Positions 1-8,300 of a stretch of DNA of 27,845 nucleotides are shown one piece after another. The notes beneath the pieces were generated by a model. The model worked only from the letters and a program-made list of their open reading frames with translations, searched no databases and was not told where the DNA came from. The stretch comes from a virus (taxonomy: Duplodnaviria; Caudoviricetes). Both the position numbers and the translations under genes were made by a program. Numbering within the stretch: position 1 is the first letter of the stretch; every line of letters begins with the position of its first letter. The stretch covers positions 1 through 27,845 of the IMG/VR virus record IMGVR_UViG_3300032292_000879, one strand, 5' to 3'.

Positions 1-386
1 GTGGCCGTGCCACCGGTGAACCATGTGCCGGTAATGCTGACGGGTGGAGCGGAAGCTGCCGCCGCCACGCTGTTGGTCAAGCGCCCTGCCAAGGTGACGT
101 TGCCGCTGGTGTCAGCGGTGCTGCCAGTGATTCCTGTGTAGGCGCCAGCGTTGTTCCAGATCAGGTTGCCGGTCGAGCCAGCAACTAGGCCCACCGTGCC
201 GGTTGTGTCCGGGAAGCTGATGGTGCGGTTGGCTGTGGGCGTGATGCACTGCAGCGTGGTGGTGAAGGCGCTGGAGTCGGTGAGGTTTACGTCACCAGCG
301 ACGTTGATGTTTCCGTCGCTGACATTGACAGAGCCACGGAAACTGTTGGGGCCGAAGCCGGGCCAGCCGCTGGTGCGCCAGGTCAT
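1..386 (-). CDS. Partial tail fibre / virion structural protein (runs off the left edge; absent from ORF track)
   Basis: ATG at 386-384 overlaps the stop of 383..778 (ATGA). Hand translation is open to the edge: MTWRTSGWPGFGPNSFRGSVNVSDGNINVAGDVNLTDSSAFTTTLQCITPTANRTISFPDTTGTVGLVAG... The G/T/S-rich composition and the PTANRTISFPDxTGTV motif are typical of fibres. Confidence 0.75.
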   Translation of the reverse strand, partial: MTWRTSGWPGFGPNSFRGSVNVSDGNINVAGDVNLTDSSAFTTTLQCITPTANRTISFPDTTGTVGLVAGSTGNLIWNNAGAYTGITGSTADTSGNVTLAGRLTNSVAAAASAPPVSITGTWFTGGTA

Positions 387-778
387 GTCAAGTCGCCTCC
401 GAGAGCAATCACCCGGACCGTTCCACTCGTCGGAGCGACTGTGATTGTGGCGCCCAGCTTCCAGCTAGCACTAGGCAGGACGAGATCGGTGTAAGCCGTG
501 GTGACTTGGTGGCCCTTGGTGGTGGTGCTGCCTGTTACGGCGCTGATCGTGAACTGATCGAACAGGTCCCAGTTGGTGCCGTCGTTGATGAACAAGTTGA
601 CCAAGGCGGCGACGGTGGTGGCGGTGCCTTGAGCGCGGATTTGCAGGATGCGCGTACCAGCGGCCACCCCGGTGATCAGGTCGGTAATGGTGCCTGTCCC
701 GTCAGTTGCCGTGTTGGCGGTGCTGAGGGAGCAGCGCCCAATTCGGGCAGTGGAAATGAAGCTGGGATTGCTGGCCAT
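383..778 (-). CDS. Hypothetical virion protein, probable fibre adaptor / beta-sandwich (131 aa)
   Basis: ATG lies 3 nt after the upstream fibre stop and the gene is ATGA-coupled to the next one. Beta-rich T/G/A composition, C-terminus ALGGDLT. Confidence 0.75.
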   Translation of the reverse strand: MASNPSFISTARIGRCSLSTANTATDGTGTITDLITGVAAGTRILQIRAQGTATTVAALVNLFINDGTNWDLFDQFTISAVTGSTTTKGHQVTTAYTDLVLPSASWKLGATITVAPTSGTVRVIALGGDLT

Positions 779-781
779 GGC

Positions 782-2656
782 TTAGATGCAGAGGCTGTTA
801 AGGGTGAGATTGGCCCCGGCAAATCGGCTGTCGTTACCGGCGGCCACCGTGCCAGCGGTTGTACCGACATTCAGCGTAGCGGCACCCCCGAGACCGAGGC
901 TGGTGCGGCCAGTTGCCGCCACGAGATTGGTGCTCCCGCCGTCCCACTGACGGCGCTCCGTATAGGCAGAATCCCACGTCGTCTGACTGGCAGTTGTAGG
1001 CAGCGAATAGCCAGCGGTGAATGCAAGCGCAATCGTGCCACTTGATGTAATAGGGCTATTGCTTACGGTGAAGCCGGTTGGAGCACTCAGGCCGACGCTG
1101 GTGACGCTGCCTGCACCGCCGGGTGGTACGGCCCACGTTCCATCGGCACGGAGGTAGTTCGAGGTGCCGCCGCCAGAGCTGGGGGCGAGGCCGGCGTCGG
1201 TCGAGGTGAAGAGGGGGAGGGTGGCGCCGGTGCCTGTGCTGGATGCAAGTGCGCGGGTGCTGGCGGTGTAGGTGAGATTCGTGCTTAGGCGGCTGTCATT
1301 CCCGGCGGCGACCGTACCAGCGCTGGTGCCGACATTGAGGACAGCGGCGCCGCCAAGACCAAGGCTCGTGCGTTGCGCTGCGGCGTCGGCGGCGGTGAGC
1401 AGAGCGCGACCCGCTGTAGTGCTATCGGTGATTTGGCTGGCGGTGGGGTTGGCGTGGACGTGATCAGCTCGGGCCAGCGTTGTGGACGTGCCAACCGCAG
1501 CGGTGCCGAGCGCTGCAGGCGTGGTGCTGCTGTAGATGGTGCGGTTCTTCCATAGGCCGTCTGCAGCGAGGACAAGCGCCTGGTCCGTAACCGCGCCTGT
1601 AATCAGGACGTCATGCAGCTCATTTAGTTCCAGGCCATTATCGACTTTGATGTAGATGATGCCGCTGCTGCCCGCGCCTTGTTTGACGCAGTAGCCGATG
1701 ACGACGCTGTGGGCGGGCTGGGTGGGGCGGGTGGAGGTGAGCTGGCCGGTGGTTTCGCTGAGCCAGACGAGCGCACCAACGGTGAGCGCGGAGGTGTTGA
1801 TGCCGCCAAGCTCACCTACTGCCATCACGTAGCCGTTGCTGTTGCTGCCGATGGCGGTCTGAGTAAGGCCGATGGTCAGCGCAGCAGTCAGCTCCGTCGA
1901 GGCATCGGCTGGAGCGATGGTCAGTGTGTTGCCATTAGCGCCGGTGACGTAGACGGGAACGCCTTTGGCAATGGAGCTGGCGGTATCGTTGCGAACAGGT
2001 ACAAGTACGGTGTAAGAGGATGTGGTAGCGACATTGAGAAGCTGCGAGCCGTCAACAGCGGGGAGCCGACTGGTCCCGTCAAGCTGAACAACATTATTAG
2101 GACTGGTGCCGACGTCGAGTACGGCGGACGTACCAAGGCCGAGGCTGGTTCGGCCCGTGGCAGCGACGAGGCTGGTGCTGCCGCCGTCCCATTGCCGCCG
2201 TTCGGTGTAGGCGGTGTCCCAGTTGGTTTGACTGGATGTTGTGGGCAGGGAGTAACCCGCTGTGAAGCCGAAGGTGAGCGTTCCACTCGACGTGACGGGG
2301 CTGTTGCTGACCGTGAAACCGGTGGGTGCGCTTAGGCCGACGCTGGTTACGGTGCCCGCGCCACCGGCAGGGGCGGCCCAGGTGCCGTCAGCGCGGAGGA
2401 AGTTGGTCGTACCACCGCCGGAGTAGGGGGTTAGGCCTGCGTCGGTGGATGTGAATAGCGGCAGCGTGACGTCGGCTCCGCTGGAGGAGGTGAGGAGTCG
2501 GGTGGCTGCGGTGTAACCGAGGTCCGTACCAGGGCCAGCGGGACCGGCGGGGCCAGCAGGTCCTTGGGGACCAGCCTCAACTGCGGTGACGGTTACGACG
2601 TCTGTTTCTGCAACAGTTACAACGTCTGTTTCAGTAACGACAGTTACGATAGTCAT
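782..2656 (-). CDS. Tail fibre-like protein with short collagen stretch and an internal 141-aa duplication (624 aa)
   Basis: GPQGPAGPAGPAGPG near the N-terminus. Repeated LRADGTW, VTSVGLSAPTGF and RTSLGLG..AxLNVGT fibre motifs. ATGA-coupled to 2653..2991. Confidence 0.8.
   Translation of the reverse strand: MTIVTVVTETDVVTVAETDVVTVTAVEAGPQGPAGPAGPAGPGTDLGYTAATRLLTSSSGADVTLPLFTSTDAGLTPYSGGGTTNFLRADGTWAAPAGGAGTVTSVGLSAPTGFTVSNSPVTSSGTLTFGFTAGYSLPTTSSQTNWDTAYTERRQWDGGSTSLVAATGRTSLGLGTSAVLDVGTSPNNVVQLDGTSRLPAVDGSQLLNVATTSSYTVLVPVRNDTASSIAKGVPVYVTGANGNTLTIAPADASTELTAALTIGLTQTAIGSNSNGYVMAVGELGGINTSALTVGALVWLSETTGQLTSTRPTQPAHSVVIGYCVKQGAGSSGIIYIKVDNGLELNELHDVLITGAVTDQALVLAADGLWKNRTIYSSTTPAALGTAAVGTSTTLARADHVHANPTASQITDSTTAGRALLTAADAAAQRTSLGLGGAAVLNVGTSAGTVAAGNDSRLSTNLTYTASTRALASSTGTGATLPLFTSTDAGLAPSSGGGTSNYLRADGTWAVPPGGAGSVTSVGLSAPTGFTVSNSPITSSGTIALAFTAGYSLPTTASQTTWDSAYTERRQWDGGSTNLVAATGRTSLGLGGAATLNVGTTAGTVAAGNDSRFAGANLTLNSLCI
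860..2527 (-). repeat. Intragenic duplication, 423 nt: 2105..2527 and 860..1282
   Basis: TDLGYTAATR...LGLGTSAVLDVGT aligns without gaps to TNLTYTASTR...LGLGGAATLNVGT. Confidence 0.9.
2592..2639. repeat. 24-nt imperfect tandem repeat (ETDVVT x2) at the fibre N-terminus
   Basis: gttacgacgtctgtttctgcaaca / gttacaacgtctgtttcagtaacg. Confidence 0.8.
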
Positions 2657-2991
2657 ACCGTGTAGCCCTCAGATACGGTAACTGTACCTTCTAAGTAGTA
2701 TTGGCGAACGTTACTAGGGTTGATAAGTAGGACGTCGTAGTAAGCCTTGTCGGGAAATAGCGAGGTTTGATCGTCTGTAAGTGTGATGGCGATTGTACCT
2801 GTGACTCGGTTGGTATAAGCTACGGTAAAATCCGCGTACTTAGTGCTGCGGTCTTGGTTCCAGACTTGGGCTGCGACGGTCCAGCCGGTGAGGTTTATTG
2901 CGGTATCTGTGCTGTCCTTGAACTGCAACGTGATGTTGTAATCAGCACGCCGTTGTAATTTTATGTTGTAAGTGCCCGGATAGATGGCCAC
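2653..2991 (-). CDS. Ig-like fibre-anchoring protein (LtfC / BppU-N-like, 112 aa)
   Basis: GTG start. The pattern INLTGWTVAAQV...GTIAITLT...YYDVLL...YLEGTVTV is typical of small proteins that precede collagen-like fibres. Confidence 0.65.
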   Translation of the reverse strand: MAIYPGTYNIKLQRRADYNITLQFKDSTDTAINLTGWTVAAQVWNQDRSTKYADFTVAYTNRVTGTIAITLTDDQTSLFPDKAYYDVLLINPSNVRQYYLEGTVTVSEGYTV

Positions 2992-3039
2992 GGCTAGGTC
3001 CGGTAGTCCTAATAGCCTAGCTGGAAGGGGAGGCGCAGC

Positions 3040-3177
3040 TTAGCGGCCCTGACCGCGCAGCTTTTTCTTGCCGCGACGGCGGGGCCTGGAGCGTTGGCCT
3101 TGGCCCTGGCTTGTGGTTTTGGGCGGGCCAGGCGTGTGATCGAGGCGGGCAACGCCGGTTTTGCTGCGGGTGGCCAT
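3040..3177 (-). CDS. Small highly basic protein (45 aa; absent from ORF track)
   Basis: Hand translation: MATRSKTGVARLDHTPGPPKTTSQGQGQRSRPRRRGKKKLRGQGR*. It fills the gap between dcd and 2653..2991. The RGQGR ending resembles small basic cyanophage proteins (from recall). Confidence 0.8.
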   Translation of the reverse strand: MATRSKTGVARLDHTPGPPKTTSQGQGQRSRPRRRGKKKLRGQGR

Positions 3178-3205
3178 AGGTTCGCGTGGCGGGTGGCGTG
3201 GGAGC

Positions 3206-3721
3206 TTAGCCCTTGGAGGCGGCGACGCTTAGGTCAGCGTTGTAGCGGCCGGTCTTGGCGTAGGAGATCTCGGGCTGGCCCGAGATCAGCAGGAATTTCA
3301 TTTGGCCTATGCGGAGACCGGGCCAGATGGGGAGGGGGTGCATCTTGCGGCCGTTCTTGATCTCCATGGTGAGGCGACTTCCGTACCAGCCCGGATCGCA
3401 CCAGCCCGCTTCGGCGTGGTCCCAGCCGTCGCGAGCGCGACTCGACTTGAGAACGAACTGAGCACCTACGTGGTCAGGCATGTGGAAGATCTCCTGGGTT
3501 TCGGCTAGGAAGAATTCGCCGGGTTGAATCCAGTAAGGGGCGTCTTGGGCGTGGTCCGAGATGAGCACTTGCTGAAGCTCGGGGGTGTGGGGGACCTCGA
3601 CCATCATGCGGTCGCCAAGGGTGACGTCGAGGCTGGCGGGGTTGAGGTTCTCCTCGTTGTAGGGGCTGACCATCGCCTTCATGCGGCAGAGGCGGCGGAT
3701 TTCGTGGTCGGGGAGGATCAT
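3206..3721 (-). CDS. dcd: dCTP deaminase (dUTPase-like superfamily)
   Basis: Motifs MILPDHEI, LNPASLDVTLG, PGEFFLAETQE, KSSRARDG, AGWCDPGWYG.RLTMEI and PGLRIGQM. Confidence 0.92.
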   Translation of the reverse strand: MILPDHEIRRLCRMKAMVSPYNEENLNPASLDVTLGDRMMVEVPHTPELQQVLISDHAQDAPYWIQPGEFFLAETQEIFHMPDHVGAQFVLKSSRARDGWDHAEAGWCDPGWYGSRLTMEIKNGRKMHPLPIWPGLRIGQMKFLLISGQPEISYAKTGRYNADLSVAASKG

Positions 3722-3770
3722 TGACTTGTTGCGATTGTTGAGTGAGTGCAGGAACTAAGACGTGGTGGAC

Positions 3771-4403
3771 TTAGCGTATGGCGACGAGCATACCTTGAAT
3801 TGTGTTGAAGTTTGTGCCTAAGGTTAGCGAATAGTTGGTATTAGTTACGGCATCTTCTTTTAGTACAATATAGACTAGGCCGCCTATTCCTGATGATCCT
3901 GAGTACAGGGTGGTTGGGCTGCCGCCTGTTACGCTCCAGGTGACACTATTTTGACCGGAGGCTGCATAGGCTACAAATGTGCAGGGAGTTGTATATCCTC
4001 CCGATCCAGTCATGTTAAGTACGTGAGTTGATTGATTGGATGAGGTGCTGTAGTTGGATACGAGCGTGGAGATGTTGCGGTATATGATGACGGTGCCGTG
4101 GATAGTTGCGGATTTTGAAGCGGTAAATGTGTAAGATTGTGAGCCGCCTGCGGTTGCGTATTTGTAACCGAAGAACATGTTTGGTAAGACTCCTGCGTCC
4201 TTGACTTCGGTTACGCCGGAGGGTGGTGTCCACGTCAGGTTGCCGTTACCAGCAGCGCTGGCAAAAAACAGCATGATGTCGCCTGTGGCAGTGCCGCCTG
4301 TAGCTGTAAGCGTTATGGAGGATGCCGTGGCAACTGCTTGAGCTGAATCTACGAAAAGGGGCGGGGGAGTAGCGCCAGAAAGAAGGAGCTGCTGAATGGT
4401 CAT
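3771..4403 (-). CDS. Hypothetical protein, candidate receptor-binding / distal fibre subunit (210 aa, low GC)
   Basis: ATGA-coupled to the fibre gene. S/T/G-rich beta protein with GDIMLFF...WTPPSG.TE...YKYAT...SYTFT. Visibly more AT-rich than its neighbours. Confidence 0.65.
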   Translation of the reverse strand: MTIQQLLLSGATPPPLFVDSAQAVATASSITLTATGGTATGDIMLFFASAAGNGNLTWTPPSGVTEVKDAGVLPNMFFGYKYATAGGSQSYTFTASKSATIHGTVIIYRNISTLVSNYSTSSNQSTHVLNMTGSGGYTTPCTFVAYAASGQNSVTWSVTGGSPTTLYSGSSGIGGLVYIVLKEDAVTNTNYSLTLGTNFNTIQGMLVAIR

Positions 4404-5380
4404 GTGAGGCCGCCGCCGCTAAGGACGAAGACGTTTGAGGCGACGCAGAAGACAGTGCAGAGGCCTCGGGTTGCCAGGGTGAAGCTGGTCTTTACGGTGT
4501 TCGAGCCAGCCAGGTAGGCGGTTACGGCGGAGGTAGTGATCGTCTGCGAAGCCGACGAGTTGTTGTAGATGCTTACGGCTTGGCCGGCGGAGAAGACGGA
4601 AGCGGGGACGGTGACACCGCCGGTGGTGATGGAGATGTGCTTGCCGTGGTCCGCTGCGACGAGGGCGTAGGCGGAGGTTTGGGCGTTCTGTGGGATGGTG
4701 CGGAGTTCTCCCTTGGAGTCGGAGAAGGTGGAGTTACCGGAGACCGCACCAGTGAAAGAGGGGGTGGCCAGGGTGGCGTAGCCGGAGATGCTGGCGCCTG
4801 CAGGAATGGTGACCGTACCAGTGAAGGTGGGGGAAGCGAGTGGGGCGTAGCCGGAAATGCTGGCGCCGGCGGGGATGGTGACGGTGCCGGTGAATGTGGG
4901 GGAGGCGAGGGGAGCGCGAGTGGTGTCGGTGGGGTGAACGTGATCCTGGCGGGCGTAGCGCAGGGACGTACCAACGGCGGCGGTGCCGTCCTGCGCTGGT
5001 GCGACCGACGCGGCCTGGCCGATCACGAATGCCGTGGTGGCGATTGCGGTGGTGTTGGTGTCGGCGGCTGGAGTGGTGGACGTTCCACCGCCGCTGAGTG
5101 TTGCAGCGCCTGTGACTCCGAGGGTGGTGCCGATCGAGGCGGCGCCGGTTGTGGTAAGTCCGGTGAGGGCGTAGGTGCTGGTGAGTTCAGCCCAGGCGCT
5201 GCCTGACCACTTTTTCCAGCGATTAGCGGTGCTGTCCCACCTGATGGTGTTGGTGGGGATGTTGGTGCTGGTGGTGCCGTCGAATTGCAGGGCTAGGTCT
5301 TCGTCGCGGTTCTTGACCTCTAAGACGAAGTTTGTGTAAGTGCTTGTGAGTGTGGGATTGGACCAGTTTGCGTTAGCCAT
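4400..5380 (-). CDS. Side tail fibre protein (326 aa)
   Basis: Follows J via a TGATG overlap. Fibre motifs TPAADTNTTAIATTAFV, ARQDHVHP and APLASPTFTG. Confidence 0.8.
   Translation of the reverse strand: MANANWSNPTLTSTYTNFVLEVKNRDEDLALQFDGTTSTNIPTNTIRWDSTANRWKKWSGSAWAELTSTYALTGLTTTGAASIGTTLGVTGAATLSGGGTSTTPAADTNTTAIATTAFVIGQAASVAPAQDGTAAVGTSLRYARQDHVHPTDTTRAPLASPTFTGTVTIPAGASISGYAPLASPTFTGTVTIPAGASISGYATLATPSFTGAVSGNSTFSDSKGELRTIPQNAQTSAYALVAADHGKHISITTGGVTVPASVFSAGQAVSIYNNSSASQTITTSAVTAYLAGSNTVKTSFTLATRGLCTVFCVASNVFVLSGGGLT
4745..4915 (-). repeat. 69-nt (23-aa) tandem repeat APLASPTFTGTVTIPAGASISGY x2 plus a partial third copy
   Basis: Units 4847..4915 and 4778..4846 encode an identical peptide with synonymous differences. 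Confidence 0.9.
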
Positions 5381-8300
5381 CAGACTCCTCTCGCACTCCA
5401 GCTAAATGTGCCGCTGACTCGTGTGCCAGACGTGTTGAAAAGAAGCACCTTGAAACTTGTGGGATTAGGGGCGTCCACAAAATCATAGACGGCGATGACA
5501 GGGCTGGTAGTAAGCGGTGAGACTGTGATTGAATCTACATCAATAAAAGGTATGCTGAAGTTTACGGTCGTGCCACCGCTGTCGCCGGAGTTGGCGGTGG
5601 CGACGCCGGAGTCTGTCCGCAGCTTGGTATCGAGGCGAATGTTGAGGGCGGTGATTTGGAGGAGGTCCGTTCCACCCGAGGAGGCGAAGTCGTATTGGAC
5701 GCGGATGTAGCGGAAGTTGGTGCCGAAGACGCTGCTTACGTTGGAGTAGCTTGTCCAGCCGGTCCAGGAGACGTTTCCGCTTGTGGTGGTGCTGGTGGCG
5801 CTTGTTACGGTGAATGTGTTGGTGGCGGCTGTGGCGACCACGTAAGTTCCAGTGGTGGCTGTGCCGCTTGTGAAGTTGAGGTAGACAAGTTGATTAGCTA
5901 CTAGGCCGTGTGCATTGGATGTGACGGTGATTGTTGTTGTGGTCTGGGAGTAGGTGGCTGCGGTGGTTGATGTGCCCCTAAGACTGATCTTGGGGGTGAT
6001 TGACATACTGCCTGCAATGTTGTTGTCAGTGATGGAGGCGGTGACTTTGCAGCCAGCGAGAACTGTTCCGTAGTCAACGTCTTCGTAGTATTGGCCTGTG
6101 CTTACGGATGGCATCGCGTAGTAGGCGTAGCCAGCGTTTATTTGGTCTTGGGGGGTTGTCCAGCTTCGAGAGGTGAAGTGCGATTGCCAGGTTTCAGTGG
6201 TGTTGACGTTAGCGATTAGGCCGCCTTCAAAAGATGCGGTGTTGGTCTTAGTGCCGGAGAATGTGCTGTTTATGTCAGATTTGAGGATGTAGTCGGGTGG
6301 TTGGTTTACGGAGGCGGTGACGCTGCCGGGGGTGCCGTAGTTACCGGCGGAGTCGATGCCAGCGAGCCAGTAGGTGTACGTGCCAGCGGCGGTCTCGAAG
6401 ACTGTGGTGAATTTGCCTTGCTTGGTTCCGATGACGGTGGCGCTGGCCCAGGTCGAGCCTTTCCTTAGTTCGTAGGAGACGATGGGGAGGGTTTGGGTGG
6501 CGTCGGTCCACTGGAGGAGGACGTTGTTGTCGATGACTTGCTGAGTGATGGTGGGCTGCGATGGTGCGGTCACCATGGCGTCGAAGGTGGCTGACGCGCC
6601 GTAATTGCCCACGAGGTCAACAGCAGCAATGAAGAAGCGGCGGCCACCGCTCCAGCTCGCTTTGATTGAGATTGTGCTGCTTTGGGAAGTGCCGTAGACG
6701 GTGGCAGTGCTCCAGGTATCGGACATGGAGCCGTAACGAATCTCGTAATAGACAGTGCTCCACGTTCCAGCGACACGGGTCCATATGAGGTTGAGATTGT
6801 CGCCGCTGAAGGTGCCGGAGACGACTGGAGCGACTGCGGCGAGGACGGTGACTGAGGCGCTAGTTGCCGTTGTGGAGTAGGTGCCGGATGTGTCGAGGGC
6901 TTTGATCCACCACGTTGTCGTACCAGCGGGGAGCAGGCCGAGTTTCTTGGAGGTGGCGAAGAAGACGCCGATTTTCGTGCCAGCGCCCCAGGAGGGGCCT
7001 TGCCAGATTTCGTAGCCCTGGAGGTCGAGGTCAGCTACGGCGGTCCAGTTGAGGCTGATGCCGACGTCGGGGTCGATGGTGGCGGTGAAGGTGGCGACGT
7101 TTGCTGGAGGTGCGGTTTTGCCTAGGGCGTTGATTGAGCCGGTGAGCGCGTTGGTGGAAGCGATGCCTAGGGCGTTGAGGCTGTAGATTTCGACCTCGAA
7201 GAAGCCGGGGGTGACGTCGAGGATTTCGTAGTCCTGCTGCTGGCGGACCACGGAGGTCCAGTTGCCGGAGTCTTTGCGCCAGTTCACGCGGTATTGAGGT
7301 ACGCCTAAGACGTTGCGCCAGGTGACGATGATCTTGGAGCGGACTTGGTTTGTGTAGGTGTATAGGGCTTCGGTTAGGTCGAGGTTGGTTGGGGTAGCTG
7401 GGATGTCAAGCAGTGTGCTTACGGAGCGGGATTGGAGCGGGACGTTGCGCTCGACGTAGTTGTATTTGGAGGCGTTGTAGGCGAGAGCGGTGACGGTGTA
7501 TAGAGCGCCGTCCTGTTCTTGGACGCTGAGTACGCGCCAGGTCGTTGTTTGGAGGGTTGAGGTCTCGAAGATCCAGACGCTGTTTGGGTTGGGGGCGACG
7601 GAGAAGGGGGTGCTGGGGGTGACGACGTTGCCGGTGACGGTGGTGACAGCGCGGCTTTCGACGGTTCCGTCTGGGAGGATGACGGAAATGGTGGGCGTGT
7701 TGGTAGCGGTAAGGCCGGTAGCGTCGTCAACGGTGACGTTTGAGGTGGTGGCGGAGGTGATGCGACCGCCACGACGCGAGCCAGCCCGCACTGGGTCGCT
7801 GACTTCGATGATCTGGCCGGGGCGCACGATTACACCGGCGTCGATCGAGGCGGTGAAGGTGCAGGTCTCGGTTTCGTAGAGGGCGGAGTAGAGGAGCCAT
7901 TCGCCGATGCGGCGAGCTTGACCGCGCGACGTACACGCAAACGCGGAGATTTCTTCCTTGATTACGCCGAACTTGGAGATGCCATCTGCATTTTCAACGA
8001 CCTCGTAGGCCGTGTCGCGGAGATCCATGTCCAGGTACTGGACGACGGCGACGGTAGGCCGTGTTTTGAGGCTGGAGCCGCTGTAAGTGAAGCCCTCCTC
8101 TGTGACGTTGGCGAGGGTGAAGAGGTAGGAGGAGTCGGCTGGTTTGTCCTGGGAGACGGTGAGCGCACCGGTGCTCCAGAAGGGCATGGCACGGAAGACC
8201 GAGCACATGTTGTTGATGAGCCTGTAGGCGTCTTCGGCGGTTTGGATGTTGGCGTTGCAGGAGAAGCGTGGCTCCGTTCCACCGAAGCCATCAGCGACTG

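Noticed and set aside
860-2527. Possible diversity-generating retroelement TR/VR pair
   Set aside because: Differences between the copies are mostly synonymous and not adenine-specific, both copies are coding, and there is no reverse transcriptase in the window.
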